A stretch of DNA of 63,509 nt, filler included, from Mobula birostris (taxonomy: Eukaryota), in the NCBI RefSeq assembly GCF_030028105.1. It is 3 parts of 3 records of this genome, joined end to end, with 100 filler letters (N's around TTAATTAATTAA, not from the genome) between each part and the next. Parts side by side here need not be neighbours in the genome. Positions count along the whole stretch, not along the records: positions 18,781 to 39,801 come from NC_092370.1; positions 39,902 to 63,509 come from NW_027277869.1; 1 more part is not named here. The stretch is one strand, 5' to 3'. The translations under genes and the position numbers were made by a program. Below are positions 35,566-50,199 of this stretch, in pieces; positions within the stretch are counted from its first letter, which is position 1, and each line of letters opens with the position of its first letter. The notes under the pieces were generated by a model. That model ran no database searches. It saw nothing but the letters and a program-made list of their open reading frames with translations, and was not told the DNA's origin.

Positions 35566-38500
35566 TCAGGAGGAATTTTCACCCAGGGAACAAATGCATT
35601 GTGGAAACCCTCACAACATCTGAGTAGCATTTAGACAAACGCTTGAATTGTACATCGTGACAACCTAGAAGGCTACGGATCAAGTGCTGACAAATGGATT
35701 AAATACTGATGGTTAAACTGATGCTCAGCCAGGACTTCAGGGGTGGGGAGGGTGAAGGCCTGGTTCCTGTGTCCTTTGACACTATTGAGGTTGTTTTTGT
35801 ACATTATCAGAATGCACCTGCAAACTAAAATGATAATGTAATTCATGCTACTTCCATTTAGATGTTCAATATTTCTGATTTCTTTGGAAATATTTACATT
35901 TTATCATTGGCATAGTTTATTAAAATTAGTTCTGTGTATGAAATTCATGATAATTTTGTATGTAGTTCTTAAGTTAACAGATCTACAATTGAAATACATT
36001 TCACATTGTTAAAGTTGATAAGGTATTAGTATTCAAAATATTAATAATGTAGGTACTTACTGAATATCATTCTGTTATCAGAAATATCAGTTTTCATGTG
36101 TTAATGGATTGTACCCATTGAAATGCATTAAATTACATTGCATTTTAATTAGCTCTTGATTAATATAATTGCCATTGCAAATATTTATTAGACCATTTAA
36201 AATGTTATCCTTGGCTAAGTTGGAGCTTATGGTAATTAATTAAGTTAAGTGACTGAGTTTCTAGCCATATTTCTACAATGGTATTGAGTAAGAAATCTAG
36301 GGCTGTATTAAATCTCTCTAAGGATAGACAACATTATCCCTTCTGACCAGCAACATGTCATAGTTGCATTGTTCACATATATTGGAAGCCTTCAAACAAC
36401 ACAACCCAAACCTGCAAAGGTCAAAATGATAAAGTAGATCGGAACATCACCTGGCCTAAGGAGTACATCGTTTTAATTTAATTGTCACTCCTCCATTGTT
36501 GCTATTGTAAAATTGCTGCTGCATTACCATATGGGTAAAATTGGACTCAAGAAGATGACGGGTAAAGACAATTAATTACTGCCTGGACATCACTGCTGAC
36601 ATTTTATAAATGAATACCTAAAAAGTGAAATGTTTAGTTATTATGCTCTATGGCAGTTCATTTTAAGAGTTGCTAACATTGAGTAAGCAAAACTGAAATC
36701 TATTATGCTGACAATAAGCTAGTGGAAGCCATGCTTTTGTGTTTGTTTTATGCAGTGATTTTCTTTGGGGCATGTATAAAGTTTATTATAATCTTGGTGT
36801 TTTGATTGAAAAACTATCAACCATGTGGTGCAGTGCAAGAAACTGCTCTTCTAAATTTCAAATGTGGCAATCCAGCAAGTCAGAAACAACTACTAACAAG
36901 ACTTAGAACTAAAATAAAGCTACATGAAAGATGACATAGCCTTCAGAGTTTGCCAGTTTGCTTTCTCTGCTTTAAGATACTAATATAAATATTAAGTTCC
37001 ATAGAATGATCTATATTTCCAATGATTTTTTTGCTGTACTGTACTCAAAAGCTCCACTTGTCTGTGAAACAAGTCCTGTATTATGAAAATAATAAAAACT
37101 AAAGGTGAAGGAAATCTGAAATAAACACAAAAAGAAAATAATGTTGGGAACACTCAGTGGGTCAGATGGTCCTTCATTCTGATGAAGAGTCCTTATCCTG
37201 AAACATAAATGCCGTTTTTCTTTCCACTGATACTGCCTGACCCACTGAATGTTTCTAACATTCTCTGGGTTGAATCAATTTTCAATTTGTACTTTCAATT
37301 TGACTTCTAGTCCATAAGATTTTAGTCCATAATATTGATGCTTGTTTAAAAAAAACTTTGGTTTCTGTTATTTTGTGGTGTATAATTATAATTCAATCAA
37401 CCCAGGTCGGAATGTTTACAGTTGTATTTTTGTTGAATGTTACCATTCAAAGAATAAATAATAATTTTATTTTTTTGATTTATTAAGTTTTGTTTATTGT
37501 CTTGATTGTAATCTAGCTAGATACTTCTGTTGATCTGTATTAAAAATAATGGGGCAAGTATGGAAACATGATTTGCCCTTTTATAAGTTTAATACATGCT
37601 GCCTAATCAGAATCAGGTTTATTATCACCGGCATGTGTTGTGAAATTTGTTTCACAAATCTGAGCTACAAGACAATCTTTACATTGGAAACAGATATATG
37701 ATTTTGACCCTAGTTTGAGAGTTTTTTTGCTTCAAAGTGGCACCAAAAACAAAAAGTTTCAAATGTAGGCTTCATTGTGATGTTATGAGTGTTAGTGATA
37801 TTACACTGTACATTTGGTTTGAGTTGCTCTTGCAACACCAGTTACATTTATTTTGATTTCAGGATATGCCAGGCAATATAACTTCATTATACTGCCAATA
37901 GATTTTCCAATGTTATTGAATATTGGAAAAACCTACATGGATCTAGATCAATCCTCAAATATATTTATTTGAATTGAAATTATAATTTTAAGGCAGAAAA
38001 TCAAACTTGTATCTTGTATCTTTTTCTGAAGAATTTTGCTCACGTACTAGATTAGGTTCCATATTTACAGATGAAATTCTTCACTTGATATGTGAATGGA
38101 ACATGACACAAAGCCATGTTAAGTGTTTAAGTCTTCAGTAGCATCTTATTAGTCATTCACTGAACTCATTTAACTGGGATAAAAATTGGGATTTTCAGGC
38201 TAACAAAATAATCCAACTTAAATTTCCCCCACAGTCTGACATTGCTGTTTGATTGTCAGAATGATGCAACGAAACCACACAAGTTTACAGTACTGGAAGA
38301 AGCTACTTTAGAGACACAAGTTTACAGTACGAGAAGCTACTTTAGAGACACAAGAGACTTGATGCTGAAATCTGGAACAATACATAAAATGCTTGAACCC
38401 AGCAGATCAGACAATATCCATGACCAGATATGGGTACTGAACATTTTGGGTCAAGACCCTTCATCACAGCTCCCCTTTTCTTTTTATAGATGCTGCTTGA

Positions 38501-39801
38501 CTCACAGTTCCGTCAGCATTAGTGTTGTGGCAGGAAGCTTTTCTGTTTGGAAAAAAATCACACTGTTCCACTCTCTCCCTATACATATTTTTCTCTGATA
38601 CTTCAGATATTTTTCTCATTTTTGCTTAACTGTTGAAATGGCCATTGGTTCAGCATTCCTTATAATGTAATATTAACCAGTACGCAGATTTTTTTCTATC
38701 CCCCTCATTTATATTGACATATTTATTTGAAACTCCCACATAATCTATCTTCCTAATCAGAGGAAATGATCTTTCTCAAAAAATTTTCATAATTTTACAA
38801 ACTTCTTGTATCTGTCTTGATATTGCCCTCTGTTGAAAGAATCCTGTCTAAATCCTCTTATTCCTTTCAAAGCTCTTTCAAATGCCTGCTGCATATTAAC
38901 CACTTTTCCAGTATCCAGTGTATACATTGCTGAACTGGAAAACTAAAGGCTTGACCTTCGATCCAAAACAAAATAGTTGTTGAAATAGGTATAGAACTTA
39001 CTGTAAATCATGGAGCAGATGGGAAGAGAGAAAACCAGTTTATAGTTCAGGCCATGAAATGATGCAGCCTGACCTGGTGAGTATTTCCAGCATTGTTTTT
39101 TTTCAACATAGGTGAGCAATGTCCAATTTTAACTCACAAATAAGTGGATGAAAGGCAGAAAGAACAAATGGGAGCTTGTGCTTAGCTGAAGAATAGGGTC
39201 TATTGCAATACACAAGTAATGGTGGTACAGGCTGAAACAAGATGGTAGTTGGTAAATAACAACATTAAAAACTCACCATGACAACTGGAAAAGACAAGCT
39301 TTATTAACTAAAAAGATCTGGAATACCACATGGAATTCAGTTAAGGTGATCAAATAAATTTTAAAATAGATCTAGTTCACTACTATCTTCCAAAGGAAGG
39401 AAATTTACCATCCTTGTTTCAGTCACATTGGAAATTGTGTTAAAAGACTGTCAAAATAATAAAAAATATCCACACCAATCAGCAATGAAATCATCAGATT
39501 TGAAGTTAACAAAGACATACCCAGCCCTAACAGCTTTGCAAACATCTCAATGTGAGTTGCAGAATTGGTGGAGGTGCGCAACAAGACAAAAAAAAACTCA
39601 GTAAGGCTCTACTTGCAGAAGCATACCATCGACTATTCCTTCACATAAACCCGAACACAATATTCCAAATGAAATCTTTTTTAATCTTTGGTGCACCTAT
39701 GAGCTTTAATGACCTCAGATCACTTTGGTTCCGCCTCAGATTTTATATTTTAAACTATCTATCCATTCATTTAAACTATCTTACAATATCCTGTTATATA
39801 G

Positions 39802-39901
39802 NNNNNNNNNNNNNNNNNNNNNNNNNNNNNNNNNNNNNNNNNNNNTTAATTAATTAANNNNNNNNNNNNNNNNNNNNNNNNNNNNNNNNNNNNNNNNNNN
39901 N
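39802..39901. other. Artificial contig linker
   Basis: 44 N + TTAATTAATTAA + 44 N. Confidence 0.97.
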
Positions 39902-41119
39902 ACGATCGTTGACATAGATAAGTTGGCATATTTGGAGATGTATCTGGTCTACTCACCGACACTCCGTTTCTTTCCCGCTACCACTGATGTACAATCTATA
40001 TTGTCTGTCCAGTGCTTCCAAGAGTTTTTCCTTCTGATTTTCAACATCAGCAGGTTTTCTTTACTCCGGTAATTTCATTCTGTCTGTTGTAAACCAGATG
40101 CTCACGGACTGTCCTCATTCAGGGATTTGACAGCTTCTGTCCACCGATGCTGCTCAACCCGCTGAGTTCCTCCAGTAGATTGTGTGTAGCTCCAGATCCC
40201 AGCATTTACAGACTCTTGTGTCTGGATTGAAGACAATTTGACGGGAAGCATTTGTTACCTTGCAGTGATAAACTGTAACCACTGGGGTCAGAGGAACACC
40301 TCCAAATATTACAACAAACTGACTGTTGTAATACCAACCGACAGCCACTGGGTGTCAGTGTATCAGTCAGACTGAGAGGGTGGAGGATGTGGGTAAAACA
40401 GTGCACAGGAGGATTCCAGACCATCAGGAGTTCCTGAGTCTGCCGGAGCTTTTCAGATGAATATGTCACATTGAAATATGTCTTTCTTCCACATCCTACA
40501 GGATTGTTGGTAGGTTAATTGCCCATGGTAAATTGCACTTGCATTTGGAGAGTCAGAGAGTCAAGGAGCATGGAAACAGGCCCTTCGGCCCAACTCGTCC
40601 ATGCTGACCAAGATGCCCATCCAAGCTCGTCACATTGACAGCATTTTGTGGGAACTTTTCCTATCCATTGCCCTCATCATTTTTTGCATCTACAAAATCT
40701 CCACTCGGTCTCCTGCAAGCCAGAGTTTTTCACCAGATCTAAGCTGGAGGTTGCTAGAGATTTAATAATCAAGTACAGTAGCAGAAAGACATCCATCTCA
40801 CTGTTATTTTGACTCCCCTCAGTAACTGTAAATAAATTATATGTTCTGCAATCTGTATATTCACCCCAAGGAAAGTCTTAGTTTAGACAGCTTCTCCCTT
40901 TAACTCAGTCATGGCAACATCCCTGTAAATCTTTTCTGCACTCTTTCCAGATTAATAACATCTTTTCACCAGCAGGATGAATAAAAACTGAACACAATAC
41001 CCCATATGCAATCTCACCAGCACCTTGTACAATCCCACCATGTACTCCCAATTTTTACACACAATACCAACAGTCTTCTTCACCACCCTGTCTACATGTG
41101 ACTCCACTTTCAGTGACCA

Positions 41120-43848
41120 TATAGACCATAAGATATTGGAGCAGAACTTGGCCATTCAGCTGATTGGGTCTGTTCCGCTACTTGATCATGGCTGATCCAT
41201 TTCCCTCTCAACCCCATTCTCTTACCTTCTCCCCATAATCTTTTACACCCTGACTTATCAAGAATTTATCAACCACCATTTTAAATACACTCAGTGACCT
41301 GGCCTCCATAACTGCATGTGAAAACTAATTCTACAGATTCACCACCCTTAGGCTAAACAAATTGTTCCTCATCTCTGTTTTAAAAGGGCGTCCCTCTATT
41401 CTGAAGTTGTGCCCTTTGGTCCTAGACTCCCCCACCGTGGGGAACATTCTCTGCACATGCATTCTTATCTAGGCCTTTCAACATTTGATAGGTTTCAATG
41501 AGATCCCCCTCATTCTTCTAAATTCCAGCAAGTACAGGCCCAGAGCGATCAAATGCTCCAAATATGATTAGCCTTTCAATCCCAGAGTCATTTTCATGAA
41601 CCTCCTTTGAACTCTGCCCAATGTCAACACATCCTTACTTAGATAAGGGGCCCAAAGCTGCTCTCAACTCTCCGAGTGAGACTACACCAATGCCTTATAA
41701 AAACCCAGAATTACATCCTTGTTTTTATATTCTAGTCCTCTGAAATGAATGGTAACATTGCATTTGTTTTCCTCACCACTGAGCTACAATTTAAACTTCA
41801 GGGAATTCTGCACGAGAACTCCTAAGTCCCTTTGCATCTTGGATTTTTGGGTATTCTCCCCGTTTAAAAATAGTTTACGCTTTTATTCCTTCTACCAAGG
41901 TGCATGACTATACACTTCCCAACAGTATATTCCATCTGACATTTGTTTGTCCATTCACTAATCTAAGTCCTTCTGCAGCCTACCTGCTTCCTCAACAACA
42001 CCTGCCCCTTCACCTTTCTTCATATTGTCCGCAAACTTGACCAAAAAGCCATCAATTCTGTCATCCAAATGTAAAAAGAAGCGGTCCCAATACTGACCCC
42101 TGTGGAACACCATTAGTCACCGGCAGCCAATCAGAAAAGGTTCCCTTTATTCCTGCTCTTTCCCTCCTGCCATTCAGCCAATGCTCTATCCATGCTAGTA
42201 TCTTTCCTGTAATAACATGGGCTCTTATCTTGTTAAGCATCCTCATGTGTGGCATCTTGTCAAAGGCTTTTTAAAAATCCAAGCACATAATATCCACCAG
42301 CTCTCCTTTGTCTATCCTGCTTGTTATTTCCTCAAAGAATTCCAATGGGTTTGTCAGACAAGATTTCCCCTGAAGGAAACCATGTTGACTTGGCCATTTA
42401 GATTAGATTAGATCATGAGGACACGCAATCCTCTTTTATTGTCATTTAGTAATGCATGCATTAAGAAATGATACAATATTCCTCCGGTGTGATATCACAG
42501 AAACACAGGACAGACCAAGACTGAAAAACTAACAAAAACCACATAATTTTAACATATAGTTACAACAGTGCAACAAGACCATAACTTGATGAAGAACAGG
42601 CCATGCCACAGTAAAAAAGTTCAAAGTCTCTCGAAAGTCCCACATCTCACACAGATGGGAAAAGGAAGAAAACTCTCCCTGCCATGCCTGACCACAGTCC
42701 AACGCTGAGTCATCCGAAAACTTCGAGCTCCGATCAGCCCTCCAACACCGAGTACCGAGCACCACCTCTGCCGAACGCTTCGACCCCAGCCACGGTCGCC
42801 AGCAGCAGGCAAAGCCGGGATTTTGGGGCCTTCCCTCCAGAGATTCTCGATCGCACAGTAGCAGCGGCAGCGAACCGAGCATTTCAGAAATTTCTCCATA
42901 TGTTCCTCTGTGCCTTCCAACGTCTGTCTCCATCAAATCAGGATTGTGCACGGCATCCTACTTACAAATACGATATCATTTCACCAGACAGCTGCGCGCG
43001 CTGCGCTGGGCTGCCATCTGCTCCTCCCGTTTAATTCTCATGTGACTCCAAGGACCCTGAAACTTCATTCTCAACAATCATCTCCAACAGCTTCCCAGTC
43101 ACTCAGGTCAGGCTAACTGATCTATAATATGCTTTCTTCTGCCTCTTTCCCTTGTTGAAGAGTGGAATGACATTTTCAACTTTCCAGTCCTCTAGAACCA
43201 TGTCAGAATCTAGTGATTCTCGAAAACTTATTCTTAATATCTCCACAATCTCTTCAGCTGCCTCTTTCAGAAATCTAGGGTGTAGTCCATCTAGTCCAGG
43301 TGGCTGATTTACCTTCAGACCTTTCAGCTTCCCAAGCACCTTCTCCCTTATGCCCCATGACACTCTCAAACCTCCGGCAAACTGTGAGCGTGTTCCACAG
43401 TGAAGACTGATGGAAAATATCTATTCAATTCATCCACCATTTCCTTGTTCCCCCATTACTACCTCTCCAGTGTTATTTTCCAGCAGTCCGATATCTACTC
43501 TCGCCTCACTTTTGCACTTCATATATCTGAAAAACCTTTTGGTATCCCCTTTGATATTATTGGCGAGCTGACCTTCATATTTCATCTCTTCTCTCCCTAC
43601 AGCTTTTTTAGTTGCCTTCTGTTGGTTTTGAAAAGCATCCCAATCCTCTAACTCCCCACTAGTTGTTGCTCTATTATAGGCCCTTTCTTTTGTTTATACT
43701 TTGTCTTTGACTTCCCTTGTCAGCCATGGAATGTCATCCTGCCTCCAGAATACTTGTCATTGCTCCTCTGCCATCATCTCTGTTAGTGTCCCCTTCCATT
43801 CAACGTTGGCTAACTCCTCTCTCATGACTCTGTAATTTCCTTTACCCC
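41120..43848 (-). mobile_element. Decayed CR1 LINE ORF2 with nested insertion at about 42406-43035
   Basis: 'GVPQGSVLGPLLF', 'PPGLDGLHPRFLKE..DWKVENVIPLFNKG', 'WGKGNYRVMREELA'. Confidence 0.85.
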
Positions 43849-44112
43849 AGTGTAATACTCCACTGGAGCTGGAGTTGGATGTACTCAGGATCATCCAGGA
43901 GGCTGAAGACATTATAGATGAGACTATTGAAGAGGTGGTCACACCCAGAGTATGGGCTTCACACAGTAGATGGGTGACCAACAGAAGAGGTAAGGGGATT
44001 CAGCAGTCATTGCAAGGTTCCGCTGTAGCCATTCTCCTCAGCAACAAGTACACCTCTTTGGATACTGCTGTGTGGGATGACCCATCAGGGCATAAATCAG
44101 ATGTCAGATCAT
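43849..44112 (+). mobile_element. CR1 ORF1-like fragment, inverted relative to adjacent ORF2
   Basis: 'LELELDVLRIIQEAEDIIDETIEEVVTP..LSNKYTSLD'. Confidence 0.65.
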
Positions 44113-47100
44113 AGAAGGAGAGGGAATGGCAGGTAAGGAAATGTCTGGTCAGAGGAGGAATCTGGAAGCAATGCCTCAGTCCAACGGGATGATGTGCTGA
44201 AATGGTTTGCACCACAATTTCCTGGCTCAATGAGACATCAGACATAGAGAGATGGAGGAGTGAAGGGAATGGAAATGACATCCATAAGATAGATTTAAAT
44301 TAAAGAGGAAGAGAAAGACAGTACTGCAGGTTTAAATTCATTAGAATGAATCTGTGGACTTCGTTAAGGAAGCTCCTCAGATAGAGTAATTGACAGTAGA
44401 GTGGACTCCCATATGGAGGAGAGTGAGAGGAAACTCACGAATCATTTCAGAATGAATTCCTGACAAAAGGTCAGTAAAGTCCATGTAAATTATTTAATTC
44501 ATTTATTTACTGACATAAAGCATGGAATAGGCCCTTCTGGCCCTTCGAGCCACACTGCCCAGGAATCCTGATTTAATCCTAGTCTAATCACAGGACAATT
44601 TACAATGACTAATTAAAGTACCAACCGGTTTGTCTTTGGACTGTGAGAGGAAACTGGAGTACCCGGTGGAAACCCACACATTCTCGGGGAGAAATTACAA
44701 ATTCCTTACAGGCAGTGACAGGAATTGAACCCCAGGTCACCTGCACTGGAAAGCATTCTGCTAACCACTACACTACTGTGGAAGTGGAATCTGCATAAAG
44801 TCACTCAGAGACAGTATAAGTACAAATTCTTTATTCAAAGCACCCAGGGCTTACTCAGTTAGTCGCCCAAACAGGAACAGTCCACCAACTAACTCACAAT
44901 TCCCCTTACAACATGAGTATATTCATTCAGATACCCCCACACAAGACAGGCTGGAGCCAAACTTATCTACTACATGACATTCCCGAAAGACAAATTACAG
45001 AATAGGCATAAGGTCTCATACACAGAACAGGCTGGTCTTATCTCTGCACATAATTGCACAAGGACAAGGACCCTGAAACACCAGCTGGCTAACTTCGAGA
45101 AGAAATATTGATCAGCATTGAATGGCACATCTGTCGATCATCAACGGTTCTTTCAGAGAAAACAGCCTGCTATGCTTAACTGACGGTGTTAACCTTTTAC
45201 ATACTTCACCACTACCATGCCACCCCAAATGCTGGATTCCCCAGCCTGTCTGATGGATTTGTTGATCAAAACTTAAACTTGTGTTGGGTCCTGATGTCCT
45301 GATGAAGAGTTCTTCAGAGGTCAAGAAGGGGCATTAAAACCCATTGCTTATAACTGTTGAAAACTGGTAGCGGACATTCCATTCAAATCCCACTGCTTAA
45401 ATTAATCAGTGAGATAGTCCCTATTCAAGCAATGTGATACCTGCCACTGAAATTGGGAGTTTCCAGGAGATGCATGGAATGGCAACCCACTGTTACATCT
45501 ATGTAGGTAATTATTTAAAAACAAACAAACATAAGAAAGTTAAACTACAAGCCAAATAACAATTATACAGTCCAATCCAACACCTGAAAGGTCAAAATTC
45601 CCCAAATAATAAGGTAGTACCATCACACTACCCTCCTCAGGACAGTTATTTGCAGGTATTGTGAGATCTATCAATCAGAGTTTAAAGAGACACAAATCCA
45701 ATTCAGGTGATGTTATTTTATTCAAGGTAATCACAAAAATCAAATAGCAATCTACTGGCCCAAGGCTCTTATAGGAATAAAACTACACATTTTATTGTCC
45801 AGATGACAGAAAGAAAGGTTTAATAGATACCTATAATTGCAGACCTCATTATCTGACAATGTTGCAATGACAGATTATCGATTCTCTCTGAATACGCAAG
45901 TTGATTATCCCTGATCTTCAGGGCCTGAGAGTTTCCAGGCCACTGATAACATCGCCCCCACCCCCCCAGCTCCCACGGAGATTGTTGTCTGTGTTGCTGT
46001 TTCAGTCTAAAGTTGATTCACCGGGCAGCCTTCATTCTCATCAACAAACGTGAGCTCCAGCATGTCACACCGAGATTCTGCCCATCGATGGAACATTGAC
46101 AAGGCAGTCCGTGGCATCTTTTAGTTTCTCCTTATTTTCCACTTTATTGCTGCCAATTCACAATCATCTGATCACCTGAACTACAGTCATCAGGATGAGC
46201 TTCTGTGCTCAGTCTGAGCAAACACACTTTCAGTTGTTGGTGGGAGTTTCCCAACTGCTTCAGAACATAAAGTGCAGGTATACCTACATTTGAACTGCTC
46301 ATTCCCATAACATAATCAATAAATCAATCAGTAACAGTCAATCATCATTACAGTGAGCCTGTTTCTGACACGAGACAAATGCTCTGTAATGAAGAGAGGG
46401 TCTTGCTGTCTCTGCATATTTTGCCCTTCGGTTTCGATTCATTTTGTCTCATTCTGTGTGATAAACGTAGGCTGGTGCAAAGCACAACGTTAGAATTGTA
46501 TTTCCATATGTAAAGCAGTGTGTTTATTCTTTTTAGTAACACAGCTCCACTGGGAGGGCCCCCTGCTCAAATTAAACCTGCCTGTGAAACCTGAGAGGAA
46601 GTGTAAGGACTGAGTGTTAATGTTATCACAGGGTTTCAGACATCTGTCAGCTATTAATCACAAATGTTACTGAGCTTCAAGTAAACCTACAACACAGAAC
46701 AGCAGAGCACAGGAACAGGCCCTTCAGCCCATGATGACTGTGACAACCACAACGCCAAATTAATCTAAACCGAACTATCTGCATAGAATCCATATCCCTC
46801 CATATCCTGAATGGTCATGTGCTTTTTCAAATGTATCTCAACTGTCCTATCATGCTGATTCACCCCACTCCTGCCAGTGCATTCCAGGCACCTATCACTC
46901 TGTGTGTAAAAATACAACCCACAAATCTCCTTTGAATGTTATACCCCTCACCTTAAATCTCTGTCCTTTTGGAAATGACATTTTAACCTGGAAAAATGAC
47001 TCTGACTGTCGACCCTGTCAATAACTCTCATACTTTTATAAGCCTCTATCAGGTTGCCTCTCAGCCTACGCTCCAGAATAAACAGTCAAAGATTGTTCAA

Positions 47101-48149
47101 CCTCTCCTTACAGCTAATATTCTCTAATCCAGACAACATGCTTGTGAACATCTTTTACATCCTCTCCAAATCCACCACATCCTTACAATGGAGCAACCAG
47201 AACTGAGGGTTCATGAATTTTCACCCAGATTAATGCAGGCATGAAAACCTGTGCTTCAACTTGGACAAAAAGCAATCTGTACTCTCCTCTTACCCAGTCC
47301 CATGGAATTCTCCCAGCAGGGACACTGCCTCCTTGATGCTGGAATGTACTGGATTTGACTTTTGGGCTCTTTCCTGTGAAAAAAGGGGGACATTGTTGGA
47401 CTCATTAGTAATATGTGAGAGGTTTAGATGCTCATATACACCCTGGAAAGGCGGGTCATGAGAAGGTTGAAGGGTAAAGCATATTTCCACCTCACAGATG
47501 AGAAAAATACCTGATAGGTTGGAGGAGAAAGTCTTCAGGGGGATTAAAACTATTGTAAATAATCACTAATCATCCAACTTGGATTATTCATCCAGAGGAT
47601 GGGAGAATATAGATCTCTCCCACAGAAGTGAATGTTGTGAAAGGGAACAGAAGAGGAAGTTAACCCAGATGCACAAAGATGGAGTGACTGGAGGTTCCTG
47701 CAGAAAATAAACAATGGCATGAAATAATTGGTCTGAATCTGCTGCTGTGCTGTACGTTTCATTTAACTCTGTGTATTACCAGAGTCACGGGAGAGAAACA
47801 AAATCTATTGAGTTTCCTTTCCTTCACCATGTCCTTCTCCCACTCTCTTTAGGTCGAGGCAGGTACGTATGAAAATACTCAGGGGTGGTGAGAAACATAA
47901 GGAGGTAAACTGCCCACAGTCACAGAGGTTGTTGTTTGGACAGGTCTTGTTTCTGCTGTGTCAGCTGACTGACTCAGATTCCATAAGGGAATGACCAATC
48001 CCAGCGGACAGAGAGGGAATGTGAAAGATGAGAGACCACTGGCAGGTTTGGGTTCTAATTAATCCTAAGGATGAATTTAAGCTAAAGGTCTTAATGTGCT
48101 GCAGTTAATGGGGAAAACAGGGATACAGAGGGGTGGAAATTACACTACT

Positions 48150-49392
48150 GTGGAGTAGAGATTTCATGGCTTTGTGAAGGGCAGATCATGTCCAACAGTC
48201 CTGATGGAGTTCTTTGGGGAGGTGACCAGGCATATACATGAGGGTAATGCAGGGGATGTGATCTATATGGATTTTAGGAAGGCATTTGATAAGGTTCCAC
48301 ATGGTAGGCTTGTACAGGAAGTCAGAAGGCATGGGATCCAGGGAAGTTTGGCCAGGTGGATTCAGAATTGGCTTGCCTGCAGAAGGCAGAGGGTTGTGGT
48401 GGAGGGAGTACATTCAGATTGGAGGATTGTGACTAGTGGTGTCCGACAAGGATCTGCTCTGGGACCTCTACTTTTCGTGGTTTTTATTAACGACCTGGAT
48501 GTGGGGGTGGAGGGGTGGGTTGGCAAGTTTGCAAATGACAGAAAGGTTGGTGGTGTTGTAGATAGTGTAGAGGGTTGTCAAAGATTGCAGACAGACATTG
48601 ATAGGATGCAGAAGTGGGCTGAGAAGTGGCAGATGGAGTTCAACCCGGGGAAGTGTGAGGTGGTATACTTTGGAAGGACGAACTCCAAGGCAGAGTACAA
48701 AGTAAATGGCAGGATACTTGGTAGTGTGGAGGAGCAGAGGGATCTGGGGGTACATGTCCACAGATCCCTGAAAGTCGCCTCACAGGTAGATAGGGTTGTT
48801 AAGAAAGCTTATAGGATGTTAGCTTTCATAAGTCGAGGGATAGAGTTTAAGAGTCGCGATGTAATGATGCAGCTCTATAAAACTCTGGTTAGGCCACAAT
48901 TGGAGTTCTGGTCACCTCACTATAGGAAGGATGTGGGAGCATTGGAAAGGGTACAGAGGAGATTTACCAGGATTCTGCCTGGTTTACAGAGTATGCAATA
49001 TGATCAGAGATTAAGGGAGCTAGGGCTTTACTCTTCGGAGAGAAGGAGGATGAGAGGAGACATGATAGAGGTGTACAAGATAATAAGAGGAATAGATAGA
49101 GTGGATAGCCAGCGCCTCTTCCCCAGGGCACCACTGCTCAATACAAGAGGACATGGCTTTAAGGTAAGGGGTGAGAAGTTCAAGGGGGAAGGCTTTTTAC
49201 TCAGAGAGTGGTTGGTGCATGGAATGCACTGCCTGAGTCAGTGGTGGAAGCAGGCACATTCGTGAAGTTTAAGAGACTACTAGACAGGTGCGTGGTGGAA
49301 TTTAAGGTGGGGGGCTATATAGGAGGCAGGGTTTAAGGGTTGGCACAACATTGTGGGCTGAAGGGCCTGTAATGTGCTGTATTCTATGTTCT
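48150..49392 (+). mobile_element. CR1 LINE, young subfamily, 5'-truncated (363-aa ORF)
   Basis: DFRKAFDKVPH, SGVRQGSALGP, FANDRK, full 3' UTR. Confidence 0.93.
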
Positions 49393-50199
49393 AATTAGAC
49401 CACATCTGAAGCACTGGCTGTGATTCTTGGCATCACCCCTTGGAGAAGGGGTTGTGTGGACCAGGGCCAGTGAAGTGCTAGTGGGACTAGGATAGAATAT
49501 TAGGTCTGGTCTCTTGTTCCCCGAAGTGTGGAAAATTGAAGGCCAGTGTAATTGGGGAGTTTAAAAACTTTCAAGAATGGTGCAGAAGAATAACACAAAG
49601 AATCTGTTACTTCAGGATATACAGGGCACTGGAAATCTGGATCTCTTCCTGGGAACTGGTCAAGACTGGGGTGAGGGGCGGTGGGAGGAGGTGTCAGTTG
49701 AAATTTCAAAATTAATAGAATTTTGTTTGAGTTCAATTATTAAAATATGAGCCAAGGAGGGTAAATGGAGATCGGACATAGGTCAGCTTTGGAGGGAATA
49801 GACGGAAGGGCTGAACAACCTCCTTCTGACACTCAGTGCACGGGATAAATTTGAACAGGATCTCTGTGTGCAGCTGTTGATTTACTAGAAACACATTTCA
49901 TATTCTCATTCTTGACAGGTGGGTGAAACTGGACAGTGATATTGGGATATTTCCTTCTCAGCTTCCTGTCGGAGATGTGGCTTGACTTAATCTGAACAGG
50001 GGGCCTTCCAGAGGTCCTCTGCGTCTACTCAGTAAATTTCTGAAATACCCTGTCCATCGTGCTCCATTCTCTTGTCAAAAGCAGACCCTTCTTGCCTCTC
50101 ATGGGGCTACTGGATCTGGCTTGGAACATTCCACATACCAGTTTTGAAATCTTGTATATATTTTCCTGATCACATCGACTGGCGCTCTTGTGGCCGCCA

